64,000 bases of DNA, taken from IMG/VR virus record IMGVR_UViG_3300032287_003731, positions 1 through 64,000 of that record. One strand, 5' to 3'. The stretch's first letter is position 1, and each line of letters opens with the position of its first letter. The DNA is from a virus. The position numbers and the translations under genes are program-made. A model generated the notes under the pieces. It did not search any database. It saw only the letters and a program-made list of their open reading frames with translations, and was not told the origin of the DNA. Below, in pieces: positions 15,844 to 25,024 of this stretch.

Positions 15844-17694
15844 TTATACTATTTCGCACGCTCCACCACTGCATGCTGCTTGATCCATTAAAGCAGTTTC
15901 ATCACTAAATTCAACTACTTTAGTAAGATCAATACCATGTAAATGAGTTACCATTTCTTCAAATTGTTCTTTAGTACAATCTTCATAAGGGCTTTGTATA
16001 TAAGTACCTCCAAAATAAGGCAATACAGATAAACCATTAAATGTTTCTTTATTTTCCCACATCCATTTACCTACTTCTTCCCATTCACCTTCTTTAATTG
16101 ATACAGTTGCTGATACGTTATTTGTATTTGCTCCTTTGCGATGTCCTTTTTTAACCCATTGTGTATTGAATTTCTTAACACGCTCAAGCATATCAATTAC
16201 ATTTTCAGTTCTTAAGATAGAACCTTCTGGTGCTTTCTGAGGTACTGAAATTATAGCTTGAATTGTTGGTTTGAAGAAATCATCTTCAACTAATTCTGGA
16301 TGATTAATAGCTAAGTAAGAGTAGATAGCTTCGTTTTTACCTACACGAATACGGCGAATATAATAGTCATTATGCCAAGCGTGAATACCACTTGATGTAC
16401 CTAATACTAATGAGCTAGTACCTGATGGTTTAACTGTAGTTACACGAGCTGCTTTATTAATACTAATCAATTCAGCTACTCGTTCGTTTTCTTCTTTAGC
16501 TACATCTGCTGCTTCTTTCAAATTATATTTTAATACTGCTCCTGATCCAATACCTGTCATTCCTACACCAAGTAAAGCATCTTTTTCAGTTGTTTTTTGC
16601 CATATATCTCTCAAATAATGAAAGTTAGTATATGATGCTTGTAAAGTACCAATAAAAGATGCTACTTTAACTCGTTCATTTAAATCTTCTTGTGATTCAA
16701 CATTAGATGCATTGATTTCACATAAATTACAGAATTGGTATGAACGTAAAGCAATTTCACAGCATGGATTAGTACCCCAATCTTTATCATTACTAAAGTA
16801 AATACCAGGTTCACCACTATTACTTAATTCAATTTTTTTCCATAATTTAAAGAATTCTTCTTCATCTATTTTATGGCGTAATACAACAGCAGAGTTATTA
16901 GCACGACCACGTTGTGGATTTTCTTCCCACCAATTACCAAACTTACATGTCAACATTTCTTCATCATCTAAATCAAACAATGAAATCAATGCTGCTCTTC
17001 TAATACCACCACTTAATACAGCATCTGCAATATGGCAAGCTATATCATGTGCTTCGATTGATGATAATCTATCGCCGTTTTTCTTTCTATCAAATACTTT
17101 TTGAAGATTAAATAAACATTCTTTAAGTGGTTCTGGGCCAGGTGCTTTACCGCCTACAGTAATTAATTGAGCCCCTTTAGGACGAATATCTCTAAAATCA
17201 AATAATGGAAGTGGTGCTCCTTGAAAGTATGCTTTACAAAGCATACGAACAGCATCAGCCCATCCTTCAATACTATCACCTACTAAATAACGCTTTGTTT
17301 TAATAGGAATAGTAATTTCAGGTAATTTATCTATATGATGATTCTGAACGCTATATCCTACTCCACATCCACTTAAAAGCAAAAACATTATTTCGCTAAA
17401 TGATCTCCAATCATCAATAGGGAGAAAAGAACAATTAAATATACGAGTATTATTAAGTTCAATGGGTTTTCCTGCAAATTGCAGTGAACGCATTGATGGT
17501 AATACTTTTTTAGCATAGACCAATTTATAAGCTTCTTCGATTTCATCTTTTAATTGAGGAAATTTTTCTTGATGCATTTCTTTATTTCGAGTTACTAACT
17601 CATACCATGTCTCTCTTCTCTGTTTTTCAGGTACATACTTACTATATTTCATGTAAGTAGTAATATCACTAAGGATCTCTTGCGTTACGTCCAT
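15844..17694 (-). CDS. nrdJ: Class II (B12-dependent) ribonucleotide reductase
   Basis: LPSMRSL, IFNC, GGIRRAALI, TNPCCEI, FCNL, TVKPSGT, C-terminal ACSGGACEI; no nrdB nearby. Confidence 0.85.
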   Translation of the reverse strand: MDVTQEILSDITTYMKYSKYVPEKQRRETWYELVTRNKEMHQEKFPQLKDEIEEAYKLVYAKKVLPSMRSLQFAGKPIELNNTRIFNCSFLPIDDWRSFSEIMFLLLSGCGVGYSVQNHHIDKLPEITIPIKTKRYLVGDSIEGWADAVRMLCKAYFQGAPLPLFDFRDIRPKGAQLITVGGKAPGPEPLKECLFNLQKVFDRKKNGDRLSSIEAHDIACHIADAVLSGGIRRAALISLFDLDDEEMLTCKFGNWWEENPQRGRANNSAVVLRHKIDEEEFFKLWKKIELSNSGEPGIYFSNDKDWGTNPCCEIALRSYQFCNLCEINASNVESQEDLNERVKVASFIGTLQASYTNFHYLRDIWQKTTEKDALLGVGMTGIGSGAVLKYNLKEAADVAKEENERVAELISINKAARVTTVKPSGTSSLVLGTSSGIHAWHNDYYIRRIRVGKNEAIYSYLAINHPELVEDDFFKPTIQAIISVPQKAPEGSILRTENVIDMLERVKKFNTQWVKKGHRKGANTNNVSATVSIKEGEWEEVGKWMWENKETFNGLSVLPYFGGTYIQSPYEDCTKEQFEEMVTHLHGIDLTKVVEFSDETALMDQAACSGGACEIV

Positions 17695-17713
17695 TTTATA
17701 TCTATTTTAAATC

Positions 17714-17974
17714 TTAAATAAGTGAATTGATAGTATCTATGTATGTAGATTTTGGCTGTATACCTACATAGCGCTGCTTAGCGGCTCCATTTTTAAAAAT
17801 TATAACTGTTGGTACGCTAGTTATAGAATGATTTTGTACTTCTTCAGGTGATACATCTACATCAATAGTTTCAAACGAAACATTTGGGAATGATTTTTCT
17901 ATTTCAGTAAATAAAGGAGCTAATTGGCGACATGGTTGACACCATTTTGCAAAGAATTTTTTTACTATTATCAT
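17714..17974 (-). CDS. Thioredoxin
   Basis: WCQPC active site, SVPT. Confidence 0.92.
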   Translation of the reverse strand: MIIVKKFFAKWCQPCRQLAPLFTEIEKSFPNVSFETIDVDVSPEEVQNHSITSVPTVIIFKNGAAKQRYVGIQPKSTYIDTINSLI

Positions 17975-18006
17975 AATCTTTTTATTTTGGGGTGATAAAT
18001 ATAGTA

Positions 18007-19377
18007 TTATTGTTCAAGCTTAAAAAATTTCTTTTGGAGTATTTGTCTTTCTTCAACATCAACATCCGAAAAATTATTTACTGTTTTACTATTTGTTTCT
18101 ATTTCATCATCGTCAATTGGATTATCATCTACTTCAATAAAACCGTTTGAAGTATTAATTTTAGATTTAAAAGTTAAACCATCAGCACCATATCTATTTT
18201 TCATAATATGCCATTTACCAGTACCTTCAACTTTATCTTTACGTTTACGTGCTAAAGATAAAATAATATCACCAATCATTATTTTTTCATATGAACCTGC
18301 TGCATTATCACCTTCAATAATATCAGATTTTGCTGCTCCTCTATTTGCTTGTGAAGGTGATACAATAGGAATACCTTTTTCCTTAGCAAATGATTTAGCT
18401 GCTATATAAACATCATCGATTTCTTCTTTACGATCTTTTCTTGAACGTGTACGCATGTAATCAAGATAATCAATAATGATTAAGTCTGGTTTGAAGTTAT
18501 TTTGGTGTTCAAGTTGTTGAAGATGTGATTCAATGGTATCGAATGATGCTCTTTTAGGTGGGTATTCTTTAATAATTACTTTACCCTTTACTTTACCTAC
18601 TATTTCATCTACTTCTTTACGATGTAAATGTAATTTATCTACTTCAATACTAGAAAATACAGCATCGTATCTTTTACCTATATATCCTTCACCTAATTCA
18701 AGTGAATAATGTACTACATTAAATCCTAAAGCAGCAGCATATGCACCCATTGCTGTTACAGCCCATGATTTACCGCCGCCTGGATTGCCAAATACAAGTA
18801 CTAAATCACCTTTACCATAACCACCTTGTGTTAAATCATTAAATGTAGCCCAAGGAAATGGAATTGTGTTTCTATCATCTTCACGGTATCTAGCTTCAAT
18901 ATCTAAATTATAATCTAGGCCTACTGTTTTATCTTCACCTGCTTTAACTGCTTTACTAATTAATTGAAATATACTATCAAAATCGTTTATTTCAAGTAAA
19001 CTAACTGAATTTAAAATTGCTTTTTTTACTTGTTGGTTACGGCAGAAGGTACTAAATTCAGTTTCAACCCATTCTAAATCACTCTGATCTGATAATTTAT
19101 AAGCTTCTCTAAGTGTCTCTGTTATTGATATTTTTAATACTTCATTATCAATTTTCTTTACTTCAATAGACATTGTTTCTACTGTAGGTGTAGTGTGGTA
19201 TTCACTAAAATATTTTTGAATATATTCTATAACCCACTTATGAGCACTTGATTCGAAATAATCAGAATCAAGCGAATCAATAATATTAAGTAGAAATTGT
19301 CGTTGTGTAAGTAGAGCTCCTAATACTTTTAATTGAAATACAGCACCATACGTTGATAATTTTTGAAGAGTTGTCAT
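18007..19377 (-). CDS. Replicative helicase (T4 gp41/DnaB-like)
   Basis: Walker A GNPGGGKS, SLEL, IIIDYLD, SQANR, KNRYG. Confidence 0.92.
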   Translation of the reverse strand: MTTLQKLSTYGAVFQLKVLGALLTQRQFLLNIIDSLDSDYFESSAHKWVIEYIQKYFSEYHTTPTVETMSIEVKKIDNEVLKISITETLREAYKLSDQSDLEWVETEFSTFCRNQQVKKAILNSVSLLEINDFDSIFQLISKAVKAGEDKTVGLDYNLDIEARYREDDRNTIPFPWATFNDLTQGGYGKGDLVLVFGNPGGGKSWAVTAMGAYAAALGFNVVHYSLELGEGYIGKRYDAVFSSIEVDKLHLHRKEVDEIVGKVKGKVIIKEYPPKRASFDTIESHLQQLEHQNNFKPDLIIIDYLDYMRTRSRKDRKEEIDDVYIAAKSFAKEKGIPIVSPSQANRGAAKSDIIEGDNAAGSYEKIMIGDIILSLARKRKDKVEGTGKWHIMKNRYGADGLTFKSKINTSNGFIEVDDNPIDDDEIETNSKTVNNFSDVDVEERQILQKKFFKLEQ

Positions 19378-19395
19378 TCGTAACTTTTTATAAAT

Positions 19396-20421
19396 TTATT
19401 TAAAAGAATTTAGATAACCAAACAGTTGTAAGATCCATGACTGTACATTAGGAATACTTTCTCCTAACTTGTCATTATGATACATTTGAACAAATATAGG
19501 TATATTTAACTCATAAGAACTATTAAAAGCGTCTTTCACTAGCTGTTTATTCTCTGGTGATAAGAAACTTCCATCCAAAGACATTAGTTTTTCATTAATT
19601 AATAATTGCTGTCTTCTTTCTATAACAGACAAATATAGCTTATTTTCATTAATTGATTCAGCTGATTTTTTTATTATATTCTCTAGAGTAATTCTATGAT
19701 CATTTATTAGCTCTGGAAATAATTTAATAAGCTTTTTTGGCCCAATACCATCTATCCCAGGTATATTATCTGATTGATCTCCTAATAGTATTTTATAATT
19801 AATAAAATTAGTACTGCTAACATTATATTCTTCTAGTACATCTTTTGGAGTATATATTTTCTTTTTAGTTGGAGAATAAACGTGTGTTTTATCACTTACT
19901 AATTGAAGAAAATCTTTATCAGCAGACATAATAGTTACTCTTTGAGTTTCTTCATAATCGGCAAATCGTGAAGATAAATAACCAATAATATCGTCTGCTT
20001 CTAAACTATCAATACCGATAATAGTAACTGGTAGACATTTTAAGTATTGGATTAAACGTTCCATTTGATTATTAATACTCTCTGTTTCTTCTTCTTTAGA
20101 AGTAAATATAGAGTAGTTAGTCATGCGATTAGCATTTCTATTTGCTTTATACTCAGGGAATAAATTTCGTCTTGCGTTTGAACTTCCAACACCATCAAAT
20201 ACAATAACTACTTTAGTTGGATCACATACACGAATAGCATAACCTACTGATTTTAGAAATCCTGTGAGGGCACCAATATGGTGCCCGTCAGGATTTATGT
20301 GGTTAATCATAGTAAAGTTTCTCAAAAACGTATTGAATGCGTCTACTATTAGAATTGAATTGAATTCTTTTCGTATATCTGGTTGTATGTTGGATAAGAG
20401 TTCATGATATTTTTTACTCAT
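19396..20421 (-). CDS. 5'-3' exonuclease (T4 RNase H/flap family)
   Basis: LIVDAFN, YKANR, EADDIIG, SADKDFLQL, GDQSDNIPGIDGIGPK. Confidence 0.93.
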   Translation of the reverse strand: MSKKYHELLSNIQPDIRKEFNSILIVDAFNTFLRNFTMINHINPDGHHIGALTGFLKSVGYAIRVCDPTKVVIVFDGVGSSNARRNLFPEYKANRNANRMTNYSIFTSKEEETESINNQMERLIQYLKCLPVTIIGIDSLEADDIIGYLSSRFADYEETQRVTIMSADKDFLQLVSDKTHVYSPTKKKIYTPKDVLEEYNVSSTNFINYKILLGDQSDNIPGIDGIGPKKLIKLFPELINDHRITLENIIKKSAESINENKLYLSVIERRQQLLINEKLMSLDGSFLSPENKQLVKDAFNSSYELNIPIFVQMYHNDKLGESIPNVQSWILQLFGYLNSFK

Positions 20422-20424
20422 ATT

Positions 20425-21531
20425 TTAGTTTACTTCATCATTATCTATTTCCACAATAGGTGATATTTTACTACTCTCTTCCCATTCGCTATTATCTTCT
20501 GTAATTTGGATTTCATCTATATTAATATTAGTTCCAAACCATTCCGATGCATGAGCTGCTTTATATGCTTTTTCTTCATCTTTATCGTCAGGAATAAATC
20601 CATGTGGTGTTACAATTACAGTAGATGTAGTTGCTACTCCACAGTCAGCATGAATCTTATCAATTGCTATTTTAGTACGTTTAGCAAACTCAACTTTTTT
20701 ACCCTTATGTTGAGCGTGAATCTTACTTGTACCACTATTAGTTACATTACCAAATGTAATTACAATTGATGCATCCCAATACATTGCATTACCACCCTTA
20801 TTTGTCATACGAGGTTGAGACATAGGAGTTAATGCTGGTTGAACACCTGTTTTATTAATAATAAAGAATGTATTAGTATAAGCTGATGTTTCTTTACGTG
20901 ATAATGGAAATTGCTGATTAATAAAGTTACCGAATTGAGTAGCCATAGCTCCAGCGTTCCACATTGGATTGTTATTGCCTTGTTTAACACTCATTTCACA
21001 TGGAATTGATCCTACCGAGTCCCAAAGGAACAATAAATCATAAGGTAGTTTTCCTTTCTTTTGTTCATCGAGTATATCAGCAATAAATGCAGCTACGTCT
21101 TCAATAGTATTAAGTGATGCTCTATCCACGTATAAGAAGAAACCTTTATAATTCATTATTTCACCTGTTTCTTCATCAGGTATAGATTCAAGCTGTAATC
21201 CCATTGTTTGAGCGTGAGCAAAGTCCCATTTCATCTCAGTGATGATAAAGATGGGCAATACACCCATCTTTTGAGCAGCAACTGCTACTTCTATCATCAA
21301 AGTAGTTTTACCCGTATCTGAACCACCTCTAGCAATAGAAACATGACCCATAGGAATCCCAGGAATTGAAAGTGCTTCTTTCACTGCTGAAGAGAATGGA
21401 ATCCATTTTTGTTTTTTAAACTTAGAGGATTGATCTAGAAACTTAGATTTTTTAAATGCGTCAATGTCAAATGACTTTTTAAGTGATTCTGACACTATTG
21501 ATGTTAAGGTATTATCTTTTGTTCGTGCCAT
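20425..21531 (-). CDS. RecA/UvsX-like recombinase
   Basis: GIPMGH, GGSDTGKTT, LWDSVGS, KGGNA. Confidence 0.85.
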   Translation of the reverse strand: MARTKDNTLTSIVSESLKKSFDIDAFKKSKFLDQSSKFKKQKWIPFSSAVKEALSIPGIPMGHVSIARGGSDTGKTTLMIEVAVAAQKMGVLPIFIITEMKWDFAHAQTMGLQLESIPDEETGEIMNYKGFFLYVDRASLNTIEDVAAFIADILDEQKKGKLPYDLLFLWDSVGSIPCEMSVKQGNNNPMWNAGAMATQFGNFINQQFPLSRKETSAYTNTFFIINKTGVQPALTPMSQPRMTNKGGNAMYWDASIVITFGNVTNSGTSKIHAQHKGKKVEFAKRTKIAIDKIHADCGVATTSTVIVTPHGFIPDDKDEEKAYKAAHASEWFGTNINIDEIQITEDNSEWEESSKISPIVEIDNDEVN

Positions 21532-21533
21532 AA

Positions 21534-22367
21534 TTAATCATTGAAAAGGTCATTAAATTTATCTGCATTGCTTGTTTTAGCTTTGGTTTCTAAAGAATAA
21601 GCAGGTGCTACGGGCTTATTCATTTCAGTTAAGAAATCATCTTCTTCTGTTACAGCAGCTGTAGTAGTTGCAGTAGTTGCAGTAGCTGTTTCTTCTGCTT
21701 CAGGATTCAACCACTTAGCCAATACATCTTTCAATTGATCGTAATCATATTTACGATTAATTCCGAGAATATCGGGTTGTTCATTAAGCACTTTTTCTAC
21801 TAATACTGCATCTTCAGAAATAGGAGATGTTTTTGGTTTAACTCTCAATGCACATTTAATACCTTTTCTACCAGCAACTATATCTTCAGTTGCTTCGATT
21901 GTAAAATCACGACCGTCTGTAATGTCGGTAAAATCACCATAATCATCATCGGCAGCAATACCAACGAGTTGATCATTAGTTAACTTACCAAATTCCCACA
22001 AACGAGCACCCAAATGCTCTTCACCACGTACTACTACAGCAGCAAAATAACGAGATTTAGGTTCAACTTTTTTAGCTAATTGCCAATCTTCCTTATCGGA
22101 TGATTTACGCAATTGTTTTGCAAAATCAACAATAGGATCAGCTTCACCCCAATTAGTAAGTGCTACAATTGGTCCTTTAGTAAAACCATAATGGAATCGT
22201 ACTTCACGAATAGGCCATGTTTTGTCGTACTTGTTAGGTAAAATACGCACTTGGTACTTACCTGGTTTTGGTTTGAAGAAAATTTTACTGTAATCAACTT
22301 TTTCGTACTTCTGTTGCCCTTTATTTTGAGCAGCGGCTAACTTCTGCTTTGCAAGATTAATGTCCAT
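21534..22367 (-). CDS. Single-stranded DNA-binding protein (gp32-like)
   Basis: FFKPKPG..VRILP, LWEFGK, DITDGRDF, acidic tail ending FNDLFND; promoter TTTG-N19-TATTTTTA at 22387-22417. Confidence 0.8.
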   Translation of the reverse strand: MDINLAKQKLAAAQNKGQQKYEKVDYSKIFFKPKPGKYQVRILPNKYDKTWPIREVRFHYGFTKGPIVALTNWGEADPIVDFAKQLRKSSDKEDWQLAKKVEPKSRYFAAVVVRGEEHLGARLWEFGKLTNDQLVGIAADDDYGDFTDITDGRDFTIEATEDIVAGRKGIKCALRVKPKTSPISEDAVLVEKVLNEQPDILGINRKYDYDQLKDVLAKWLNPEAEETATATTATTTAAVTEEDDFLTEMNKPVAPAYSLETKAKTSNADKFNDLFND

Positions 22368-22419
22368 AACTAATATAATTTAGAATTAAAAATAACAAAT
22401 TTGTTTTGCCTATCAAAAC

Positions 22420-22761
22420 TTAAGATATGATCAAGGTAAAGTTCCCTGCTCCTCTTAAATAATAGGTCGAACCTGTAACTGCAACTGCTGGCGTAAATGT
22501 AAGTGATGATGTGCCTGGAGAGATAACAGCAGAAGCTATATGAGATGATGAAACAAATCCTATAGATGATGACACAACCCATGTTCCTACTGCGTTAGTT
22601 TTAGAACCACTATTGTAAAATCCATCAGCATTTCTTATAGTCTCTAAAGTAAAATAACCAGTTGAAGCATCAGCATTATAAAACGTAAATGTTTTTAATC
22701 CTGATAAATTTTCTCCGATTGAACCGGAGCCATATAATTGATTTGATGTATATGTAGCCAT
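22420..22761 (-). CDS. Hypothetical Ser/Gly/Thr-rich protein, possibly virion-associated
   Basis: Composition resembles the fibre genes; TAATG coupling to the upstream ORF. Confidence 0.55.
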   Translation of the reverse strand: MATYTSNQLYGSGSIGENLSGLKTFTFYNADASTGYFTLETIRNADGFYNSGSKTNAVGTWVVSSSIGFVSSSHIASAVISPGTSSLTFTPAVAVTGSTYYLRGAGNFTLIIS

Positions 22762-23180
22762 TATTTTGCTAAGTCTATAATTTTATAAATAGCTGTGTCT
22801 AAGCGACGTAATTCAGGACCATTATTCAATAATATACAATTTCTATAATCTAACCAATTAACTATATAATTTTTATCTAGCCTTCCTTCATTAAGTTGTC
22901 TAATCAATGTGTTTAAAGCATTGATAGTGTAAAGTGTATTTGATTCTTTTTTACGATGTACTAAAATAGTATTTGGTAATGGAGTATCAATAACATTGCC
23001 TGTATCTATATTATAAGTACATACTAACTCGTTACTTTGAGGCGATTCAAGTATAAATATTTTATTATATAATATAGAATATCGGCGGTTTATATTACCG
23101 ATAGTAGATTCTAATTCATCAGGCAAAGTAAAAGTACAAAAAAGTTTATTCAATTGATCAAACAAATTATATTCCGTCAT
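22761..23180 (-). CDS. Hypothetical phage protein (true start may be TTG at about 23153)
   Basis: KLFCTF...TILVHRKKESNTLYTINALN; the late motif overlaps the annotated ATG. Confidence 0.7.
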   Translation of the reverse strand: MTEYNLFDQLNKLFCTFTLPDELESTIGNINRRYSILYNKIFILESPQSNELVCTYNIDTGNVIDTPLPNTILVHRKKESNTLYTINALNTLIRQLNEGRLDKNYIVNWLDYRNCILLNNGPELRRLDTAIYKIIDLAK

Positions 23181-23186
23181 AAATAT

Positions 23187-24482
23187 TTAGATTTTAGTTA
23201 AGCCATGATATGTTTTACCTTGTTTAATGTTTACTGGGTATTTTATCATATTTATTATTTCTTGAATTAAATTAATATCTTCTTTATTGTAATCAAATAA
23301 AAAGGCATCATATGTGTATAATACTAATTTTGTTTTTTTATCTTTTAAATAATCTAAAATTAATTCAAGTAATTGAACATTAGTTGATGTTTCATAACTT
23401 TGAATTACATAATTAAATAATTTATTAATAGTCATTGTTTTATCATGTGTAAATATTTTATTTTTAGTTTCGTAATAACCACCGTATTGGTATGTATCCC
23501 ATAAATCATCAATATATTTTATTACGTCTTTAAAGAATGGTTTATTACGATATTCACTCCAAACACCACCATATAATTGCTTAAACGTTAATTCTTTAGC
23601 TTCCTGCTGTGATACATTGAGTAATTCACCTAGGTAATCATATGTGTTTCTATCTTTAGGAAATTCAAAACCAACTAATTCACCTATTAATCGTGGATGA
23701 TAACCCTGAATGTCTATTTCTATAAATGAATCATTATTTGGTCTATAACATAAACGTTCTCCGTTTGTTTTATTTAACGCTGCAAAATTAATAGTATTGT
23801 ATGTGTTAGATGGACGAGACGTAGTAGTATTTAAATTATAAGAAGAATATATTCTTCCTTTAAATAGACTAAACTCGGGATATTTTAAATCATCACCGTA
23901 ACAATCAATAAAGCAGTTTTTATCTACTTTTATACCGTTTTTTTCTATATTATAAAATACGTTTACTGTATTAAAGTTTTGAAATTGAAATTGTGTGTTA
24001 CTGGGGGTGTATTTTTGTATTATAGGTAGTATTGCTTGAAATATTTTTTCACACTCTTCATAGTGTTTACTGATTGGTATTAAACAATTAATATTAGATA
24101 AATTAATATTATTTCTATAATAATGATTAATACAGTTATTACCAGATATTTCAGTTAAATCAATAGATTCGAGTAACTGAGTATCATACAATTTATTAGC
24201 TAGTGGATATACCCAATGTAATGCTTCTTTTTTATCTAATACCCATAGTTTACCTGTGTTATTAGATAACCAATCAATAATTTCAGTTTGAGATATACTA
24301 AATGATTCATTGTGATCTAAACACAAAATGTATCCTTTCTTTCCATTAAGCGGTCTAACATATATTAGACTTAGCGACGTAAGTGACGGATGATAATTAT
24401 CGTTTTTAGAAATAAATCTAACAAAGCAATCGTTAAACGATTGAGAAAACAATTGATCCGAACGTTCGACAATATAAAACAT
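23187..24482 (-). CDS. Compact family-A DNA polymerase-like protein
   Basis: IEKNGIKVD, TTTSRPS, motif A IDIQGYHPRL, motif B EAKELTFKQLYG, NYVIQ, motif C LYTYDAFLF; promoter TTTG-N20-TAACTTTA at 24503-24534. Confidence 0.8.
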   Translation of the reverse strand: MFYIVERSDQLFSQSFNDCFVRFISKNDNYHPSLTSLSLIYVRPLNGKKGYILCLDHNESFSISQTEIIDWLSNNTGKLWVLDKKEALHWVYPLANKLYDTQLLESIDLTEISGNNCINHYYRNNINLSNINCLIPISKHYEECEKIFQAILPIIQKYTPSNTQFQFQNFNTVNVFYNIEKNGIKVDKNCFIDCYGDDLKYPEFSLFKGRIYSSYNLNTTTSRPSNTYNTINFAALNKTNGERLCYRPNNDSFIEIDIQGYHPRLIGELVGFEFPKDRNTYDYLGELLNVSQQEAKELTFKQLYGGVWSEYRNKPFFKDVIKYIDDLWDTYQYGGYYETKNKIFTHDKTMTINKLFNYVIQSYETSTNVQLLELILDYLKDKKTKLVLYTYDAFLFDYNKEDINLIQEIINMIKYPVNIKQGKTYHGLTKI

Positions 24483-24521
24483 ATATCATAACCTTTATGG
24501 TTTAAAGTTAACGAAAATTTT

Positions 24522-25013
24522 TTAGCTTTCCAAAAAAGCCTTTAAACCAGGCATTTGCTTTTCAGCTTCTTCTAAATTAGAGCGATCTGGTTTAAGAGAT
24601 GTTATTTGATAAAATAAATCTTTTTTTAATTCTTCGAATGTTTTCTTATCTATTTGTTTTATAATTATAGGATTAATATTTATTTTTTTAGCATAATATG
24701 TTTCAATAAGTTCTTGATCAGTATCTAAATCTGATTTTGATAGTGAGTTAAATTTAGGAGAAGATAATTGTTGAGAAGATTTTTTAGATATTAATCCATA
24801 AACATAAGTTGATGCTTGAGTTAATAAAGTATTAATATTATTATTACTAGTTGTTTTAATTAATTCTAGAGAATTAGTATTAAATTCTTTGCCTGCAAAA
24901 AATTTATTATTCAATTCATAATAATATCCTTGATAATACTTATAATTTGAAACATAAGCATATTCATTACCTGAAGTATAATTATATTTTATAATATTAG
25001 CTGGTATTCTCAT
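24522..25013 (-). CDS. Hypothetical baseplate-region protein
   Basis: YTSGNEY...YQGYYY; position at the end of the tail operon. Confidence 0.6.
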   Translation of the reverse strand: MRIPANIIKYNYTSGNEYAYVSNYKYYQGYYYELNNKFFAGKEFNTNSLELIKTTSNNNINTLLTQASTYVYGLISKKSSQQLSSPKFNSLSKSDLDTDQELIETYYAKKININPIIIKQIDKKTFEELKKDLFYQITSLKPDRSNLEEAEKQMPGLKAFLES

Positions 25014-25024
25014 TTATTTTAATT

